A stretch of DNA of 64,000 nucleotides from Nitrososphaeria archaeon (GTDB taxonomy: Archaea; Thermoproteota; Nitrososphaeria; Nitrososphaerales; JAAOZN01), in contig JARVJZ010000005.1 of NCBI GenBank assembly GCA_029775855.1, positions 32,001 through 96,000 on the forward strand, written 5' to 3'. The position numbers and the translations under genes are program-made. Shown here piece by piece: positions 46,482-57,376 of this stretch. The notes beneath the pieces are model-generated. The model did no database searches and was not told the origin of the DNA. It saw only the letters and a program-made list of their open reading frames with translations. Position 1 is the stretch's first letter, and every line of letters starts with the position of its first letter.

Positions 46482-47667
46482 TTCTGCCTTTTTTGTTTAA
46501 CAGCCCTTCAATTTGTTTAAAGAGCGCCTTAACTTCATTTGACGCTATGATGGAAAAGAGCTTTACTATACCCTCCACGCCTAAGAGCTGTCTTATCGAC
46601 TTTGAGTGCCTATCGAAGTCGCCTTCCTCAAATATGCTGTTAAGCACCTCTTTCTTCCTAAGCAGGTTGAAGATCTTCTCTAAGCTTTTGTTATCCAACT
46701 TTTCGAATAATCTCCGCGCGTATAATGTGGTTCTGATATCATCCTCAAGTAGGCTGAGCCACCTTTGACTATACCTTTGAAGCGCTTCCTCTTCGCCATC
46801 TAAAATGTAGGCTGCGGCAGCTTGGCCAGACAACACTCCGCCTAAGCCGCCCAAGTATATGCCACCTCCCGTAGATGGCTTTGTCTGACCAGCACTATCT
46901 CCAACAAGCATAATTCTACCATTAACGAACTTCTCCACCGGGCCGCCGACATAAATCGGCGCTGAAACCTTTTTTGTGGGATAACCACCTCTACGCTTTA
47001 AGAATTCATCTAAGGTGGAGAAGCAGTTTATAGAGCGCCCAGCAACCCCAAGTTTTGCTGTATCTCTACTTGTTGGTATGACCCATAGGAAGAAGCCGGG
47101 ATATCTTAGGTTATCTAAATATATTTCTACCGTGTCTTGGTTTATCCATTCTGCTTCTATGTCATATCTTGCGGCTGGGAGGAGTGAATTCTGCTTCTCT
47201 GGTGGTAGGGCTGTTGTGCCTCTTGCATCTATATAGACCTTCGAATTAAAGGTTTGTTTAGCCTTTACCTCAACATAGCCTTCCTTTTCAACCGCTTGAT
47301 AGACTCTTTCTCCAAGATACAGTTCAGCTCCCCTTGACAGAGCTGTTTTGGCGAGCTCTTTGTCGAATATGCTCCTATGTAAGACGATGATGTTCTGCTT
47401 GGATATATCTGCTTCGAGCGGCTTTCCATTTGGAGGATATATTAGAACTCTTTTTACGGTGTTCTGCACAGCTCTGCTCGATGGGATAACACCGAGTTCC
47501 ATGAGCGCTTTCATACTTACAAGCCCATCGCATCTCTCTGGAACACCTATTTCTAGATCTTCTTCAAGCACAGCGACGCACAACCCTTTTGAAGCCGCTT
47601 CTCTGGCAGATAATAGCCCAGCCAAACCTCCGCCAGCTATAATCACATCATAGTCCAGTGTCTCCAT
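46465..47667 (-). CDS. Geranylgeranyl reductase-family FAD oxidoreductase
   Basis: GGGLAG, YPGFFLWVIP, VGDSAGQTKPSTGGGI. Confidence 0.88.
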   Translation of the reverse strand: METLDYDVIIAGGGLAGLLSAREAASKGLCVAVLEEDLEIGVPERCDGLVSMKALMELGVIPSSRAVQNTVKRVLIYPPNGKPLEADISKQNIIVLHRSIFDKELAKTALSRGAELYLGERVYQAVEKEGYVEVKAKQTFNSKVYIDARGTTALPPEKQNSLLPAARYDIEAEWINQDTVEIYLDNLRYPGFFLWVIPTSRDTAKLGVAGRSINCFSTLDEFLKRRGGYPTKKVSAPIYVGGPVEKFVNGRIMLVGDSAGQTKPSTGGGIYLGGLGGVLSGQAAAAYILDGEEEALQRYSQRWLSLLEDDIRTTLYARRLFEKLDNKSLEKIFNLLRKKEVLNSIFEEGDFDRHSKSIRQLLGVEGIVKLFSIIASNEVKALFKQIEGLLNKKGRTIDGS

Positions 47668-47712
47668 TGTTTAACCAAAGGCTTATTCGATAGAGCGCAT
47701 AAATACTCTCCT

Positions 47713-48078
47713 ATGGCAAGCCGTTGGGACTATAAGCAAGCGATAGTAGTTAGGACAGATCTTAAGATGGGTAAGGGTAAGATTGCTGTTCAAGCCGCGC
47801 ACGCATCTATCTTGGCTGCCGAGGAAGCAAGGCTACAGAAGCCCCAATGGCATCGAGCTTGGCTAGATAGTGGGATGGCGAAGATAGCCTTAAAGATCCC
47901 TTCACTAACCGAGCTTAAGATGCTGGAGAAAGAGGCTAAGGAAAACGACTTACCCGTAGCGACTGTAGAAGACAGAGGCCTAACACAAATACCACCAGGC
48001 ACTATAACCTGCTTAGCCATAGGTCCAGCGCCGGCACAGAAAGTTGATTCTATTACTGGTAGGTTAAAGCTACTATAA
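47713..48078 (+). CDS. pth2: Peptidyl-tRNA hydrolase 2
   Basis: KQAIVVRTDLKMGKGKIAVQAAHA, DRGLTQ, AIGPAP, ITGRLKLL. Confidence 0.96.
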   Translation: MASRWDYKQAIVVRTDLKMGKGKIAVQAAHASILAAEEARLQKPQWHRAWLDSGMAKIALKIPSLTELKMLEKEAKENDLPVATVEDRGLTQIPPGTITCLAIGPAPAQKVDSITGRLKLL

Positions 48079-48080
48079 CC

Positions 48081-49355
48081 TTGCAGCCTCCCCCTCTTGA
48101 CAGAAGCATAGGAATGATGGTGTATGCAACGCCACATGAAGGAGTAGGGGGTAGGCTGCGTGTTGAGTTAGAAGATTTTTTCGTTGAAGAGATCTTAGAT
48201 GGCGTTGTATTTAGACATCTTTCTAACGATCCTCAGAAGCAGAATTCGTTTACGCTCTACACATTAACTAAGGAGGGATTAGATACTCTACACGCTTCGG
48301 AGGTTATCAAAAGAAAGTTTGGCGTTAGAGTTAAGTATCTTGGCATCAAGGATGCGAGAGCAGTCACAACTCAATATATCACTATACCTTCGTCAGCAGG
48401 ATGTCTTAGAGAAAAGGTTTCGGATAAAATCACGGTTAGAAAACTAGGCTACCTAACTTACCCTCTAAACCGCAACCACCTCCTTGGAAATCGGTTCAAG
48501 ATCAATGTTAGAGATGTGATTAAGGCTGAAAATCTTGATAAAATCCTTGACGCATTGGGGGAGCACGGTGTGCCTAATTTTTTCGGTTATCAGCGTTTCG
48601 GCTCAAGAAGACCCGTTTCGCATCTTATAGGAAGAGCCTTGGTTAAAAGAAGATTCGAAGAAGCGGTCGAACTGCTTCTATCATACACTACGGGTGAAGA
48701 GGATCTAGAGGTGCAGCGGCTAAGAAGACTGCTAAGCGAAGAACCTAGCGTAGTGGATATCGAATCTCTTCCACCTCTGATGGATATAGAGAAGACCGTT
48801 TTAAGAGAGTTGAAGAAGAGCCCTACGGATTATGTTAAGGCTGTTAAAGCGCTACCCCTTCGTATAACTAGACTTTTTGTAAATGCTTACCAATCCTACA
48901 TCTTTAATAAGACTCTAAGCGCAGCTATCGAAGATGGTGTGAATTTATCTTCAATACAACCCTCAGACCTTTACGCAGAGTTTGCTGGGTTGAAGATGGG
49001 TGAAGTTAAGAAGGCTGACTGTAAAATTTCGTTAGATAATTCAAAGAAGCCTCTGCTACTATGCCCAATTGTAGGCTATCGCTACAGAGAAGAAAGATCT
49101 GGCAGATTCAGAAGATATGTTTCTGAAATTCTTTCAGACGAAGGCTTGTCTCCTCGAAGCTTCTACATAGATGAAATACCTGAGTTGAGTGTAGAAGGCG
49201 ACCTACGACCAGCAACTATTCCCATAGAATCATTCGGCGCTAAATTCGATGGGGGTATGCTGTCCATCGAGGCTACGCTAAGTAAGGGATGCTACATAAC
49301 ATCGCTCTTAAGAGAAATCATCAAGCCAGCAGACCCTGTTAACGCAGGCTTTTAG
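48081..49355 (+). CDS. truD: tRNA pseudouridine(13) synthase
   Basis: [40 protein letters not shown]. Confidence 0.95.
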   Translation: MQPPPLDRSIGMMVYATPHEGVGGRLRVELEDFFVEEILDGVVFRHLSNDPQKQNSFTLYTLTKEGLDTLHASEVIKRKFGVRVKYLGIKDARAVTTQYITIPSSAGCLREKVSDKITVRKLGYLTYPLNRNHLLGNRFKINVRDVIKAENLDKILDALGEHGVPNFFGYQRFGSRRPVSHLIGRALVKRRFEEAVELLLSYTTGEEDLEVQRLRRLLSEEPSVVDIESLPPLMDIEKTVLRELKKSPTDYVKAVKALPLRITRLFVNAYQSYIFNKTLSAAIEDGVNLSSIQPSDLYAEFAGLKMGEVKKADCKISLDNSKKPLLLCPIVGYRYREERSGRFRRYVSEILSDEGLSPRSFYIDEIPELSVEGDLRPATIPIESFGAKFDGGMLSIEATLSKGCYITSLLREIIKPADPVNAGF

Positions 49356-49801
49356 CCGCTAACTACCTTACCTATGTTAACATCACTCTTCACAGCTGGA
49401 TGTGTTGGGTCAACCATTATAACCTCATACCATCGATACTTCCCATCCTCGTATAGCAGATAAGAGCCGAGCACCTTAAGGTTTGGGTAACGCCGCACAG
49501 CCCTATTTTCAGCTATCCTTTGGCTGTTTATCGCGCGCTTAATCTTAACTACACCAAGATGCTTCGGTCTTCTACCCGCTCTTGGGCGTATACGCACTCT
49601 TCCCCCACGACCCACTCTAACCCTAACAACAACGAAACCTTGCTTCGCTTTATAACCTAGACTTCTAGCTCTATGCAGCTTAGTAGGCTTCTCCAACCTA
49701 ACTATAGCCCGCTCCTTCCTCCACTCTATAGCACGCTGCCTTAGAGTTTCCGGCTTCTCCTTGTAGATCTTCTGCCAAGTTTCCGCTAAATGTCTATACA
49801 T
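49352..49801 (-). CDS. rpl15e: 50S ribosomal protein L15e
   Basis: [24 protein letters not shown]. Confidence 0.96.
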   Translation of the reverse strand: MYRHLAETWQKIYKEKPETLRQRAIEWRKERAIVRLEKPTKLHRARSLGYKAKQGFVVVRVRVGRGGRVRIRPRAGRRPKHLGVVKIKRAINSQRIAENRAVRRYPNLKVLGSYLLYEDGKYRWYEVIMVDPTHPAVKSDVNIGKVVSG

Positions 49802-49840
49802 CAGCGCTCATACGACTGGCTCAAACATACACACTTAAAC

Positions 49841-50755
49841 TTATCTTACACCCAACGCCTTGACGACCTTCTCAGCAAGAAGTTCACCAGCAGCGTCTTG
49901 CGCCTCAACCGTCTGCGCACCTATGTGTGGTGTGCAAACGACATTAGGCAACTTAACGGCTTCGGTGGTTGGGGGTTCGTGTTCAAATACATCTAGCGCT
50001 GCGCCGGCCAGCCACCCCTCTTTAAGCGCCATGTATAGGGCTTCTTCGTCGACTACCTCACCCCTTGAAGCATTTATCAGATAGGCGCCTTTCTTCATCT
50101 TCGCAAATCTCTCTCTATTCATCATATGCCTAGTTTCCGGGGTCAGCGGGACATGTAATGTAACGAAGTCTGAATTGGAGAGCAAAGTATCTAGGTCTAC
50201 TACCTGCGCATCAAGAGACTTCACAAGCTGCTCTGGGAGTTGAATTACATCATATACAAGTATCTTCATGCCGAAGGCCTTTGCCAACGCTCCAACTCTG
50301 CTCCCTATTCTGCCTAAGCCGACTATGCCTAGTGTTTTACCCTTCAGCTCAATTCCCATCATCTCACCTTTTAGCCATCGTCCTTCTTTCAAACCCCTGT
50401 CTCCAATCGGGATCTTTCTGGCGAGGCTCAGCATGAAACCAAGCACCAACTCAGCTACCGCTTCTGTTGAGGATTCTGGCGTGTTGAGCACGACTATACC
50501 CCTCTTGGCAGCAGCCTCTGTATCTATATTATCTAACCCAACGCCAGCTCGACCTATTACACGCAGCTTCTTACCAGCATCTATCACCGACGAAGTAATC
50601 TTTGTCCTACTTCTAACCACGACAGCATCAAACTCAGATATCTGCTTGATCAACTCATCAGCAGAGATCTTCGGCTGATAGGACACCTCAAGACCAGCAG
50701 ACTTCAGAATATCTATACACTTACTTGATACCGGGTCGCAAACCAGTACCTTCAA
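49841..50755 (-). CDS. serA: D-3-phosphoglycerate dehydrogenase (short form; D-2-hydroxyacid dehydrogenase)
   Basis: VRSRTK, GRAGVGLDNID, GLGRIG, NASRG, TPHIGAQT.EAQ. Confidence 0.88.
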   Translation of the reverse strand: MKVLVCDPVSSKCIDILKSAGLEVSYQPKISADELIKQISEFDAVVVRSRTKITSSVIDAGKKLRVIGRAGVGLDNIDTEAAAKRGIVVLNTPESSTEAVAELVLGFMLSLARKIPIGDRGLKEGRWLKGEMMGIELKGKTLGIVGLGRIGSRVGALAKAFGMKILVYDVIQLPEQLVKSLDAQVVDLDTLLSNSDFVTLHVPLTPETRHMMNRERFAKMKKGAYLINASRGEVVDEEALYMALKEGWLAGAALDVFEHEPPTTEAVKLPNVVCTPHIGAQTVEAQDAAGELLAEKVVKALGVR

Positions 50756-50817
50756 CCCGCATCAGAAAGAGCTTATCAGCATAACATGCTTTTATATCCT
50801 ACGCTTCCTCAGAATCC

Positions 50818-52026
50818 TTGATGCTAGTAGGTATAGTCGGCAAACCTAACACCGGCAAATCAACCTTCTTCAACGCAGCAACTCTGATGAATGTACCAAT
50901 GGCTAGCTACCCTTTCACAACGATACAGCCAAACTATGGTGTAGCCTATCTTAGAAAAGATTGTGTCTGCAAAAGGCTCAATGTAAAAGATAACCCAGTA
51001 AACTCGGTCTGCGTGAATGGTGTTAGATTAATACCAGTCAAACTCGTGGATGTAGCGGGTCTAGTTCCAGGAGCGTCCCAGGGTCGAGGTTTAGGGAATA
51101 AGTTCCTTGATGATCTTAGGCAAGCCGATGCGTTAATACATGTTGTGGATGCTTCAGGCTCTACAGATGAAGAAGGTAGGGTCTGTGAGGCGGGCAGCCA
51201 TGACCCTTTGAAAGATGTAGAGTTTGTTGAAAGAGAATTTAACCTTTGGCTCAAGCAGATAATTTCAAAGGATTGGCAGAGAGTGGCAAGAACTGTTGAG
51301 GCAGGTGCAGGTAAGCTCGCACCTATGTTGGGTCAAAGGCTAAGCGGTTTATCGATAGGCGAGCAGATGATACAAGAAGCTATTGGAAAACTTGGATTAA
51401 AAGCTGAAAAACCAACCTTATGGTCTGAAGAGCAGATAGACCGCTTTATAGACTATTTGAGGAGAAGGTCTAAGCCAAGCCTCATAGCCGCAAATAAATG
51501 CGATTTACCAACAGCAGAAAAGAATATAATAAAACTTAAAGAGAGCGGCAGACTCGTCATACCCACCGCTTCCGAAGCCGAGCTCGTCTTAAGGAGAGCA
51601 GCAGAAAAAGGGCTCATAGATTATATCCCAGGAGATAGAGAATTTAAGATCAAAGATTCTACGAAACTTACAGCAGAGCAGAAGAAGGCGTTAGACTTCA
51701 TAGAGAACAGAGTATTGGCTAAATGGGGTTCAACAGGAGTCCAGCAGACGATTAACGCAGCATACTTTGAACTCTTAAACAGTATAGTTGTATATCCGGT
51801 GGAAGATGAATCTAAGCTTTCGGATAAAAAAGGGAACGTTTTGCCAGACGCTAAGGTGGTTAGACGAGGCACCACAGCAAGAGACCTTGCCTACATCATA
51901 CATACAGAGCTCGGTGAAACCTTCCTATATGCGGTCGATGCTCTTACTGGTGTGAGATTGGGTGCTGATCATGTGCTGGAAGATGGGCAGGTAGTTAAGA
52001 TTGTGGCTGCTGGTAAGCGTGGTTAG
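50818..52026 (+). CDS. ychF: Obg-family translation-associated ATPase/GTPase (archaeal YchF)
   Basis: GKPNTGKST, YPFTT, DVAGLVPGA..GRGLGN.FL, ANK.D, TGS domain. Confidence 0.93.
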   Translation: MMLVGIVGKPNTGKSTFFNAATLMNVPMASYPFTTIQPNYGVAYLRKDCVCKRLNVKDNPVNSVCVNGVRLIPVKLVDVAGLVPGASQGRGLGNKFLDDLRQADALIHVVDASGSTDEEGRVCEAGSHDPLKDVEFVEREFNLWLKQIISKDWQRVARTVEAGAGKLAPMLGQRLSGLSIGEQMIQEAIGKLGLKAEKPTLWSEEQIDRFIDYLRRRSKPSLIAANKCDLPTAEKNIIKLKESGRLVIPTASEAELVLRRAAEKGLIDYIPGDREFKIKDSTKLTAEQKKALDFIENRVLAKWGSTGVQQTINAAYFELLNSIVVYPVEDESKLSDKKGNVLPDAKVVRRGTTARDLAYIIHTELGETFLYAVDALTGVRLGADHVLEDGQVVKIVAAGKRG

Positions 52027-52712
52027 TTTTGTGAAGACTCTTCTTCTAATTCATCTTCCTCTTCTTCTACTTCTTCTCCAGTAGCGGTTGCTTCTACTAT
52101 ACTCGTAGCTGAAGCCATTATGGGTATTCCTTTAACGATTTTGAATTTACTTATCCCCACGTGTCTTAATGCTGCAACCTTTCTAGCCTCATTATATATA
52201 TCTGAGCCGATTTTACTTAAAACAGCTTCTTGCACAAATTGGTCATAAGTTAAAGATGAAGTCTTCTCTGTGAGCACCTTATCAGCTACTAATCTTACAG
52301 AATGCTTTTTTGATGAGTTTACTCTCTTTTGAGTAAACGCTATGACGTACACTCTTACAGTTATCCCATCTTTGGTTATGTAATCTTTTATAAAGTTAAT
52401 CATCGATGAGCCTCTTCGCACAAGGCTTCTCAAATACTCTCTAGAATACTCATATGCTTTAAGGATGGATTTTGCTACGCCGTCTTGAATTTCTGTTATT
52501 TGGAAGTATAGTTTGTATACATACTGCTGTGGGTCTTGCTTGACGATGTCGTAAAGTGTTGTCTCTACAACTCGCCCTACAGCTTTATCTGGGTCTGTAG
52601 CTGGTATATAGCCTACTTGTGTGCTGCCAAAGGATGGTGGAGCCTCAACTATCAACCAAGTCTTATCCCGCCATTTATCCTTGATCTTTCCGGACTTCTG
52701 ACGCTTCGGCAT
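52023..52712 (-). CDS. rps3ae: 30S ribosomal protein S3Ae
   Basis: KDKWRDK.W, GRVVETTL, YLRSLVRRGSS; ATG 52712; acidic tail. Confidence 0.95.
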   Translation of the reverse strand: MPKRQKSGKIKDKWRDKTWLIVEAPPSFGSTQVGYIPATDPDKAVGRVVETTLYDIVKQDPQQYVYKLYFQITEIQDGVAKSILKAYEYSREYLRSLVRRGSSMINFIKDYITKDGITVRVYVIAFTQKRVNSSKKHSVRLVADKVLTEKTSSLTYDQFVQEAVLSKIGSDIYNEARKVAALRHVGISKFKIVKGIPIMASATSIVEATATGEEVEEEEDELEEESSQN

Positions 52713-52734
52713 ACTAAACAGCCAAGCCCACAAC

Positions 52735-54030
52735 CTACTTAGATTTAAGCCCTACTCTACCAGACAAGACTAGCCTCTCATCCCCAAAGTATGGTATAAG
52801 AACCTTCGGGATGTTTATCGAATTATCTTCGTTCTGATTATTCTCCAAGATAGCTATCAGCGTTCTTTCGGTTGCGACCAGCGTGCTGTTAAGGGTGTGA
52901 ACAAACTTTGACTCTTCATTGGGCTTATCTCTATATTTTATTCTTAATCCACGAGCTTGGTAGTCTAAGCAATTACTGCAGGAGACAACCTCCCTATATG
53001 TGTTCTGGGCTGGAAACCAAGCTTCCAAATCGTAGGTCTTTGCAGCCGTCTTACCCAAATCTCCTGTGCATAGTAGGACAACTCTATATGGAATCTCTAA
53101 CGATTGGAAAAACTCTTCAGCGTTGCGTAAAAGTAGTTCGTGCTCTCTCCATGAATCTTCTGGTTTAGAGAAGATAAACTGCTCAACCTTTTCAAACTGA
53201 TGAACCCTAAAGATCCCTTTCGTATCACGCCCATGCGCCCCCGCTTCTTTTCTGAAGCAAGGACTTACACCTCCATATCTTAGGGGTAGTAGAAAACCAT
53301 CTAATATTTCATCCATATGCATAGCAGCTATCGCGTGTTCAGAGGTTCCAATAAGGTAGAGGTCTTCACCTTCTATTTTATAGATTACATCCTCAAAATC
53401 CGAAAGTATTACAGCGCCCTCTATTGCCTCCCTTTTTAGCATGTAAGGTGGCTGCAGAAGTAGGAAGCCTCTCTGCTTTAAGAAATCAAGCGCATAGGAT
53501 ATTAAAGCATAGTTTAATCTGACTAGATTATCTTTTAGATAGTAGAATCTTGAGCCAGCCACTTTTGCTGCTCTATCTGTATCGATGATGTCTAACCATA
53601 TGCCTAAAGTTATGTGGTCTCTTGGTGGAATTTGGAGCGGTTTAGGTTCACCCCACCTTCTAATGACGACGTTATCTGACTCATCTTTCCCTACTGGTAC
53701 TGATTCGTGTATAAGGTTAGGGAGGGACTTTAACATGTTGTTTACTTCTTGGTCAAGTGCCTTTGCTTCCGAGTCTAATTGCTCTATTCTATCTGATATC
53801 TCTTTGACGGTATGGAGTTTTTCGAGGGTGTCTCTGCCTTCTTTTTTCGCTTGCGCTATCTGTAAAGAGATCAAGTTTCTTTGATGCTTAAGCCTCTGAA
53901 CTTCTGTGAGTAGCTGCCTCCTTTTAGCATCCTTTTTTAAAAGTTCTTCGAGTGGAAAGGAGATGTTCCTTTTTTCAAGCATATCCTTTATTATCTCTGG
54001 GTGTTCTCTTACCAGTCTAAGGTCAAGCAT
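52735..54030 (-). CDS. serS: Serine--tRNA ligase
   Basis: MLDLRLVRE, LIGTSEH, FRKEAG.HGRDTKGIFRVHQFEKVE, EVVSCSNC.DYQAR, HTLN. Confidence 0.97.
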   Translation of the reverse strand: MLDLRLVREHPEIIKDMLEKRNISFPLEELLKKDAKRRQLLTEVQRLKHQRNLISLQIAQAKKEGRDTLEKLHTVKEISDRIEQLDSEAKALDQEVNNMLKSLPNLIHESVPVGKDESDNVVIRRWGEPKPLQIPPRDHITLGIWLDIIDTDRAAKVAGSRFYYLKDNLVRLNYALISYALDFLKQRGFLLLQPPYMLKREAIEGAVILSDFEDVIYKIEGEDLYLIGTSEHAIAAMHMDEILDGFLLPLRYGGVSPCFRKEAGAHGRDTKGIFRVHQFEKVEQFIFSKPEDSWREHELLLRNAEEFFQSLEIPYRVVLLCTGDLGKTAAKTYDLEAWFPAQNTYREVVSCSNCLDYQARGLRIKYRDKPNEESKFVHTLNSTLVATERTLIAILENNQNEDNSINIPKVLIPYFGDERLVLSGRVGLKSK

Positions 54031-54278
54031 CAGGTCTTCACCACATTTATCGAGTCCAAGGCTGAGTTTATATCCTCAAGCATTTCTTCTATGGTGGATA
54101 TTAAGGTTTCAAACTTGGATTCAGATTTAACTTCTATGGTCATTTTGCACCCTATCAAATCCATTCTAATGTGGAGCCCCTTTGGTAGGTTAGTGTTATC
54201 TGGATATAGGGCGTTGTAGAGTGCTTTAAGCAGATTCTGGTCGAGACTTGTTATCTCTAAGTTTATTTTAGAGATCAA
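54030..54278 (-). CDS. pcc1: KEOPS subunit Pcc1
   Basis: 82 aa with ALYPDN motif; conserved position downstream of the DHH gene. Confidence 0.8.
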   Translation of the reverse strand: MISKINLEITSLDQNLLKALYNALYPDNTNLPKGLHIRMDLIGCKMTIEVKSESKFETLISTIEEMLEDINSALDSINVVKT

Positions 54279-55665
54279 CGTTTAGACCTTCTTGGAGTAC
54301 CTCCACTAACTTACTTGGCTCCATGTAGATTAGAGTTGCTCCTCCGGCTGCTTTATGCCCCCCTCCTTGACCATTAACCTTTTCAGCCACTTTTCTTAAT
54401 GTAAGCCCGATGTTCACTTGCCCCTTGAATGCTGCACCTATTCTTGCAGAAACTCTTAGATTTCCTTCTTTTGTTTTAGTGGTTAAAAATAGTGGTTTCT
54501 CTGAAAATTTGGGTACACTTGAGAGTATGGATGAAAGTGAGCCAAGCATCTCAGCGTTAACTAAACCTTCGGCTACAATTAGGTTAAAGAGTTGATGCTT
54601 TATGATTCTAGTTTCATCTTCGGTAAGCACCTTGACCAACCTACTTATAGTCTGCCGGTATTCTGCAAGAACCTTTTCAGCTTCGCTCAGAGAATAACCT
54701 CGATCACCTAAGCATAGACCTATTGCAAGCCCAGCTTTACCCATCCTACCACAAGCATTAAGAAGTGTGCCAAACTCTCTAGCATCCCTTAGCGGTGAGA
54801 ATTCATCCTCCTTAACCAAAGTGTATATGTAGCCTACGAGCTCGTCAACACCTCTCCCACCTATGTATGGAAGAAGCACTTCAACGATCTTCTGCTTCTC
54901 CTCTATCGTAAGCTCAGCTAATGTGCGCCAGCGATCATCCTCTCTTAATTTGATGCCTCCTGCATTCAACGCATTTAGGCAGGCTTCTCGATTGCCGCTT
55001 AACCCGTGTATGTAAGGTGTTGTTGTAGCAGCTAATGCTTCGTGCACAGCTCTGGTCTCACGCCCGTAGAAGAGTAGATCTACACTATCATTTATTAAAC
55101 CAGCTTCTTTAGATACTTCAAGAACTACTTTGTTAGCACCTGTTAACGCTCTCCTCTCTCCTTGATCCTGCTTATCAGCTAAAGCAGCTACTACTGGAAG
55201 CCAGCTGAAGTTTTTGATGCTATGGTCTATGTTGGCTGCGACATAGTAGGATAGGGTTGCTGCACAAGCATCTACGCCACCGTCAAAACCGTATGCCCAA
55301 GCGTTCAAGATGGAAGGGTGCTCAAGCTCCTCTTGCGGAACTTGGTGGTGGTCTATAAGAACCCACTTTGAGCCTAGATTTGTTTCTATATCTTTAAGCA
55401 TCCCTCCACCCATTTCACAGAGTATATAGAGGTCGTATTCGCTTTCCTTTAATGCTTGGAGTGCTTGTATGCTTAGGTCGTTGTATATCCGTATTGTGTA
55501 AGGTGCTTCTAGACATCTTAAGGAGTTTGCGATTAGGCTTGCTGAAGATATGCCGTCAGCATCGATATGGCCTATGATGATTATACGCTGCCTACGCTCT
55601 GCTACTTCTACTATCCTCTCAGCTATGTGCGCGGCTTTTGTCTTTAGGGATTCGAAGTTACCCAA
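54268..55665 (-). CDS. DHH-family RecJ/Cdc45-like protein (GAN, GINS-associated nuclease orthologue by synteny)
   Basis: HIDADG, IDHH, DAREFGTLLNACGR, GGGHKAAGGA; located between rps15 and pcc1. Confidence 0.85.
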   Translation of the reverse strand: MGNFESLKTKAAHIAERIVEVAERRQRIIIIGHIDADGISSASLIANSLRCLEAPYTIRIYNDLSIQALQALKESEYDLYILCEMGGGMLKDIETNLGSKWVLIDHHQVPQEELEHPSILNAWAYGFDGGVDACAATLSYYVAANIDHSIKNFSWLPVVAALADKQDQGERRALTGANKVVLEVSKEAGLINDSVDLLFYGRETRAVHEALAATTTPYIHGLSGNREACLNALNAGGIKLREDDRWRTLAELTIEEKQKIVEVLLPYIGGRGVDELVGYIYTLVKEDEFSPLRDAREFGTLLNACGRMGKAGLAIGLCLGDRGYSLSEAEKVLAEYRQTISRLVKVLTEDETRIIKHQLFNLIVAEGLVNAEMLGSLSSILSSVPKFSEKPLFLTTKTKEGNLRVSARIGAAFKGQVNIGLTLRKVAEKVNGQGGGHKAAGGATLIYMEPSKLVEVLQEGLNVDL

Positions 55666-55678
55666 CTCTAACTATCGT

Positions 55679-56128
55679 TTATGCTAGCTGTGCTATAACG
55701 GCGGAATACTTCCAATCTGGGCTGATGCGTCCTATTCTCTTATAATATTTTGAGAGCCTGTGTATCTTTGCCTCCAGTAGTTCCAGTGAACGAACATTCT
55801 TTCTATCGTTTTTGTGAACTCTAAGGTGTTCTTGAAGACGCGTCGCTCGATTGATCAACCTCTCCAAATCTTCTGGGTGATCGCTTAACAGATTATTCTC
55901 CTTAAGCACCTCTGTTATTGATTTGCCTAAGATGGGTTTAACAAGAGGTATATTATATTCGTCTCTAAGTCTAACACCAATCTCAGAAGGCTTTAATCCA
56001 CTTTTAGCCAGCTTCACAATTAGCGCTTCAACTTCTTCTGGGCTATGGGTAACCCAGCTAGGAACCCTCTTTGAAGTCGGTCTAATTGAATGCGACTTCC
56101 CCTTTCTGTGAGAGTGTATCCTCGCCAA
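55679..56128 (-). CDS. rps15: 30S ribosomal protein S15 (uS15)
   Basis: ARIHSHRKGKSHS.RP, IG..LRD, PEDL, HRLSKYYK; TTG start at 56128 chosen. Confidence 0.96.
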   Translation of the reverse strand: MARIHSHRKGKSHSIRPTSKRVPSWVTHSPEEVEALIVKLAKSGLKPSEIGVRLRDEYNIPLVKPILGKSITEVLKENNLLSDHPEDLERLINRATRLQEHLRVHKNDRKNVRSLELLEAKIHRLSKYYKRIGRISPDWKYSAVIAQLA

Positions 56129-56178
56129 AGTCTCTGTTACAGCGCCTACATTACCCACAACATAAACCTTACGGATAA

Positions 56179-56757
56179 CTATTTGTATTCTTCAAGTAGC
56201 ATAGACGCTAAAAGGCGAGCCGCCTTAGCTCGATGCGAAAACATATTTTTCTCTACAACGCTCATCTCTGCGAAGGTCTTTGAGCATCCTTTCGGTATAA
56301 ATATTGGGTCGAAGCCGAACCCACCACATCCTCGCGCCTCCTCTGCTATCGTTCCTTCACACGAGCCTCTGCATAGTTTTAATGAGCCTTCTTCGTTGAT
56401 GTATGCTATCTGTGAGATAAATTCTGCTTCTCTATTACTTTGACCAAACATAAGCTTTAGAACACCATCTACACCTATCGTCTTATAGACGAATGATGAA
56501 TAAGGGCCTGGGAAGCCATTTAATATCTTCACAAAGAGCCCCGCATCCTCTACAAAGAGTGGTTTCTTTAAAGTTTGGTAAGCATATAATGCGCTTTCTC
56601 TTGCTATTTCCCCTATATCTTCGCTCTGTATTTCGCGCTTCTTTATTTGTGATACGACTATTGAGATATCGTAGGTGGAAAGCACATTCTCAATCTCCTT
56701 TGCTTTATTGATGTTGCTGGTCACGAAGATTATGCTTAGCTTAAACGACTCTGGCAT
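56179..56757 (-). CDS. rdgB: Non-canonical purine NTP pyrophosphatase (RdgB/HAM1)
   Basis: VTSNINK, EDAGL, GFPGPYS, FGFDPIF, SHRAKA. Confidence 0.95.
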   Translation of the reverse strand: MPESFKLSIIFVTSNINKAKEIENVLSTYDISIVVSQIKKREIQSEDIGEIARESALYAYQTLKKPLFVEDAGLFVKILNGFPGPYSSFVYKTIGVDGVLKLMFGQSNREAEFISQIAYINEEGSLKLCRGSCEGTIAEEARGCGGFGFDPIFIPKGCSKTFAEMSVVEKNMFSHRAKAARLLASMLLEEYK

Positions 56758-57376
56758 ATCTTCCTCTACGCTCTATCTCACGAATTTTCACTTTAAGAAT
56801 GTTAACGACTTCAGCGCCAAGTATTGAGCTGTAGCCGTTTAACACTGAGTTGAAGAAGGCATCTGCTTTATCGGTGTATGTGCTGAGCAACACGCTCTTA
56901 AGTAGGTGTAGATCGACAGCCCTATCTTCTATCTTCTTGGAGGTAAAAGATAACCCAAAGTCGATAACTACAAGCCCTTTTTTTGATAAAATAAAGTTAG
57001 AAGGTGTTAGATCGCTATGCATGATATCACCTTGATGTAGAAGCGCTATAACCTTCCCCATCTGCTCACAGAGCTTTAAGCATTCATCATACGCTCTACT
57101 TAAAAGCAGTTCTTTAAGCCGTATCCCTTCAATAAACTGCATAATCAGCTCAGCACCCTTAGGGTCCACATAATAGACTACAGGAGTTAAGACGCCGCAT
57201 TCACGCGCCTTCTTCAAGAATAGGGCTTCGTGCGATGTTCTGTAGGTTCTGAGGGCCTGATCAAGTTTAGGTTGAAGATAAGATTTTGAGACCCTAACTT
57301 TCTTAACAGCTGGTAACCCAACCCAATCTATCAGATATAGGTCTGCTTCAGCACCTTTCTTCATCAGCTTCTCCAA
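56741..57376 (-). CDS. bud32: KEOPS kinase Bud32
   Basis: KGAEA, K.Y..P.LD, HSDLTPSN, IDFGL, AVDL, RGRY. Confidence 0.95.
   Translation of the reverse strand: MEKLMKKGAEADLYLIDWVGLPAVKKVRVSKSYLQPKLDQALRTYRTSHEALFLKKARECGVLTPVVYYVDPKGAELIMQFIEGIRLKELLLSRAYDECLKLCEQMGKVIALLHQGDIMHSDLTPSNFILSKKGLVVIDFGLSFTSKKIEDRAVDLHLLKSVLLSTYTDKADAFFNSVLNGYSSILGAEVVNILKVKIREIERRGRYARVV

Noticed and set aside
52035-52080. TCT/TTC-rich repeat tract
   Set aside because: Encodes the acidic Glu tail of S3Ae; not a separate repeat element
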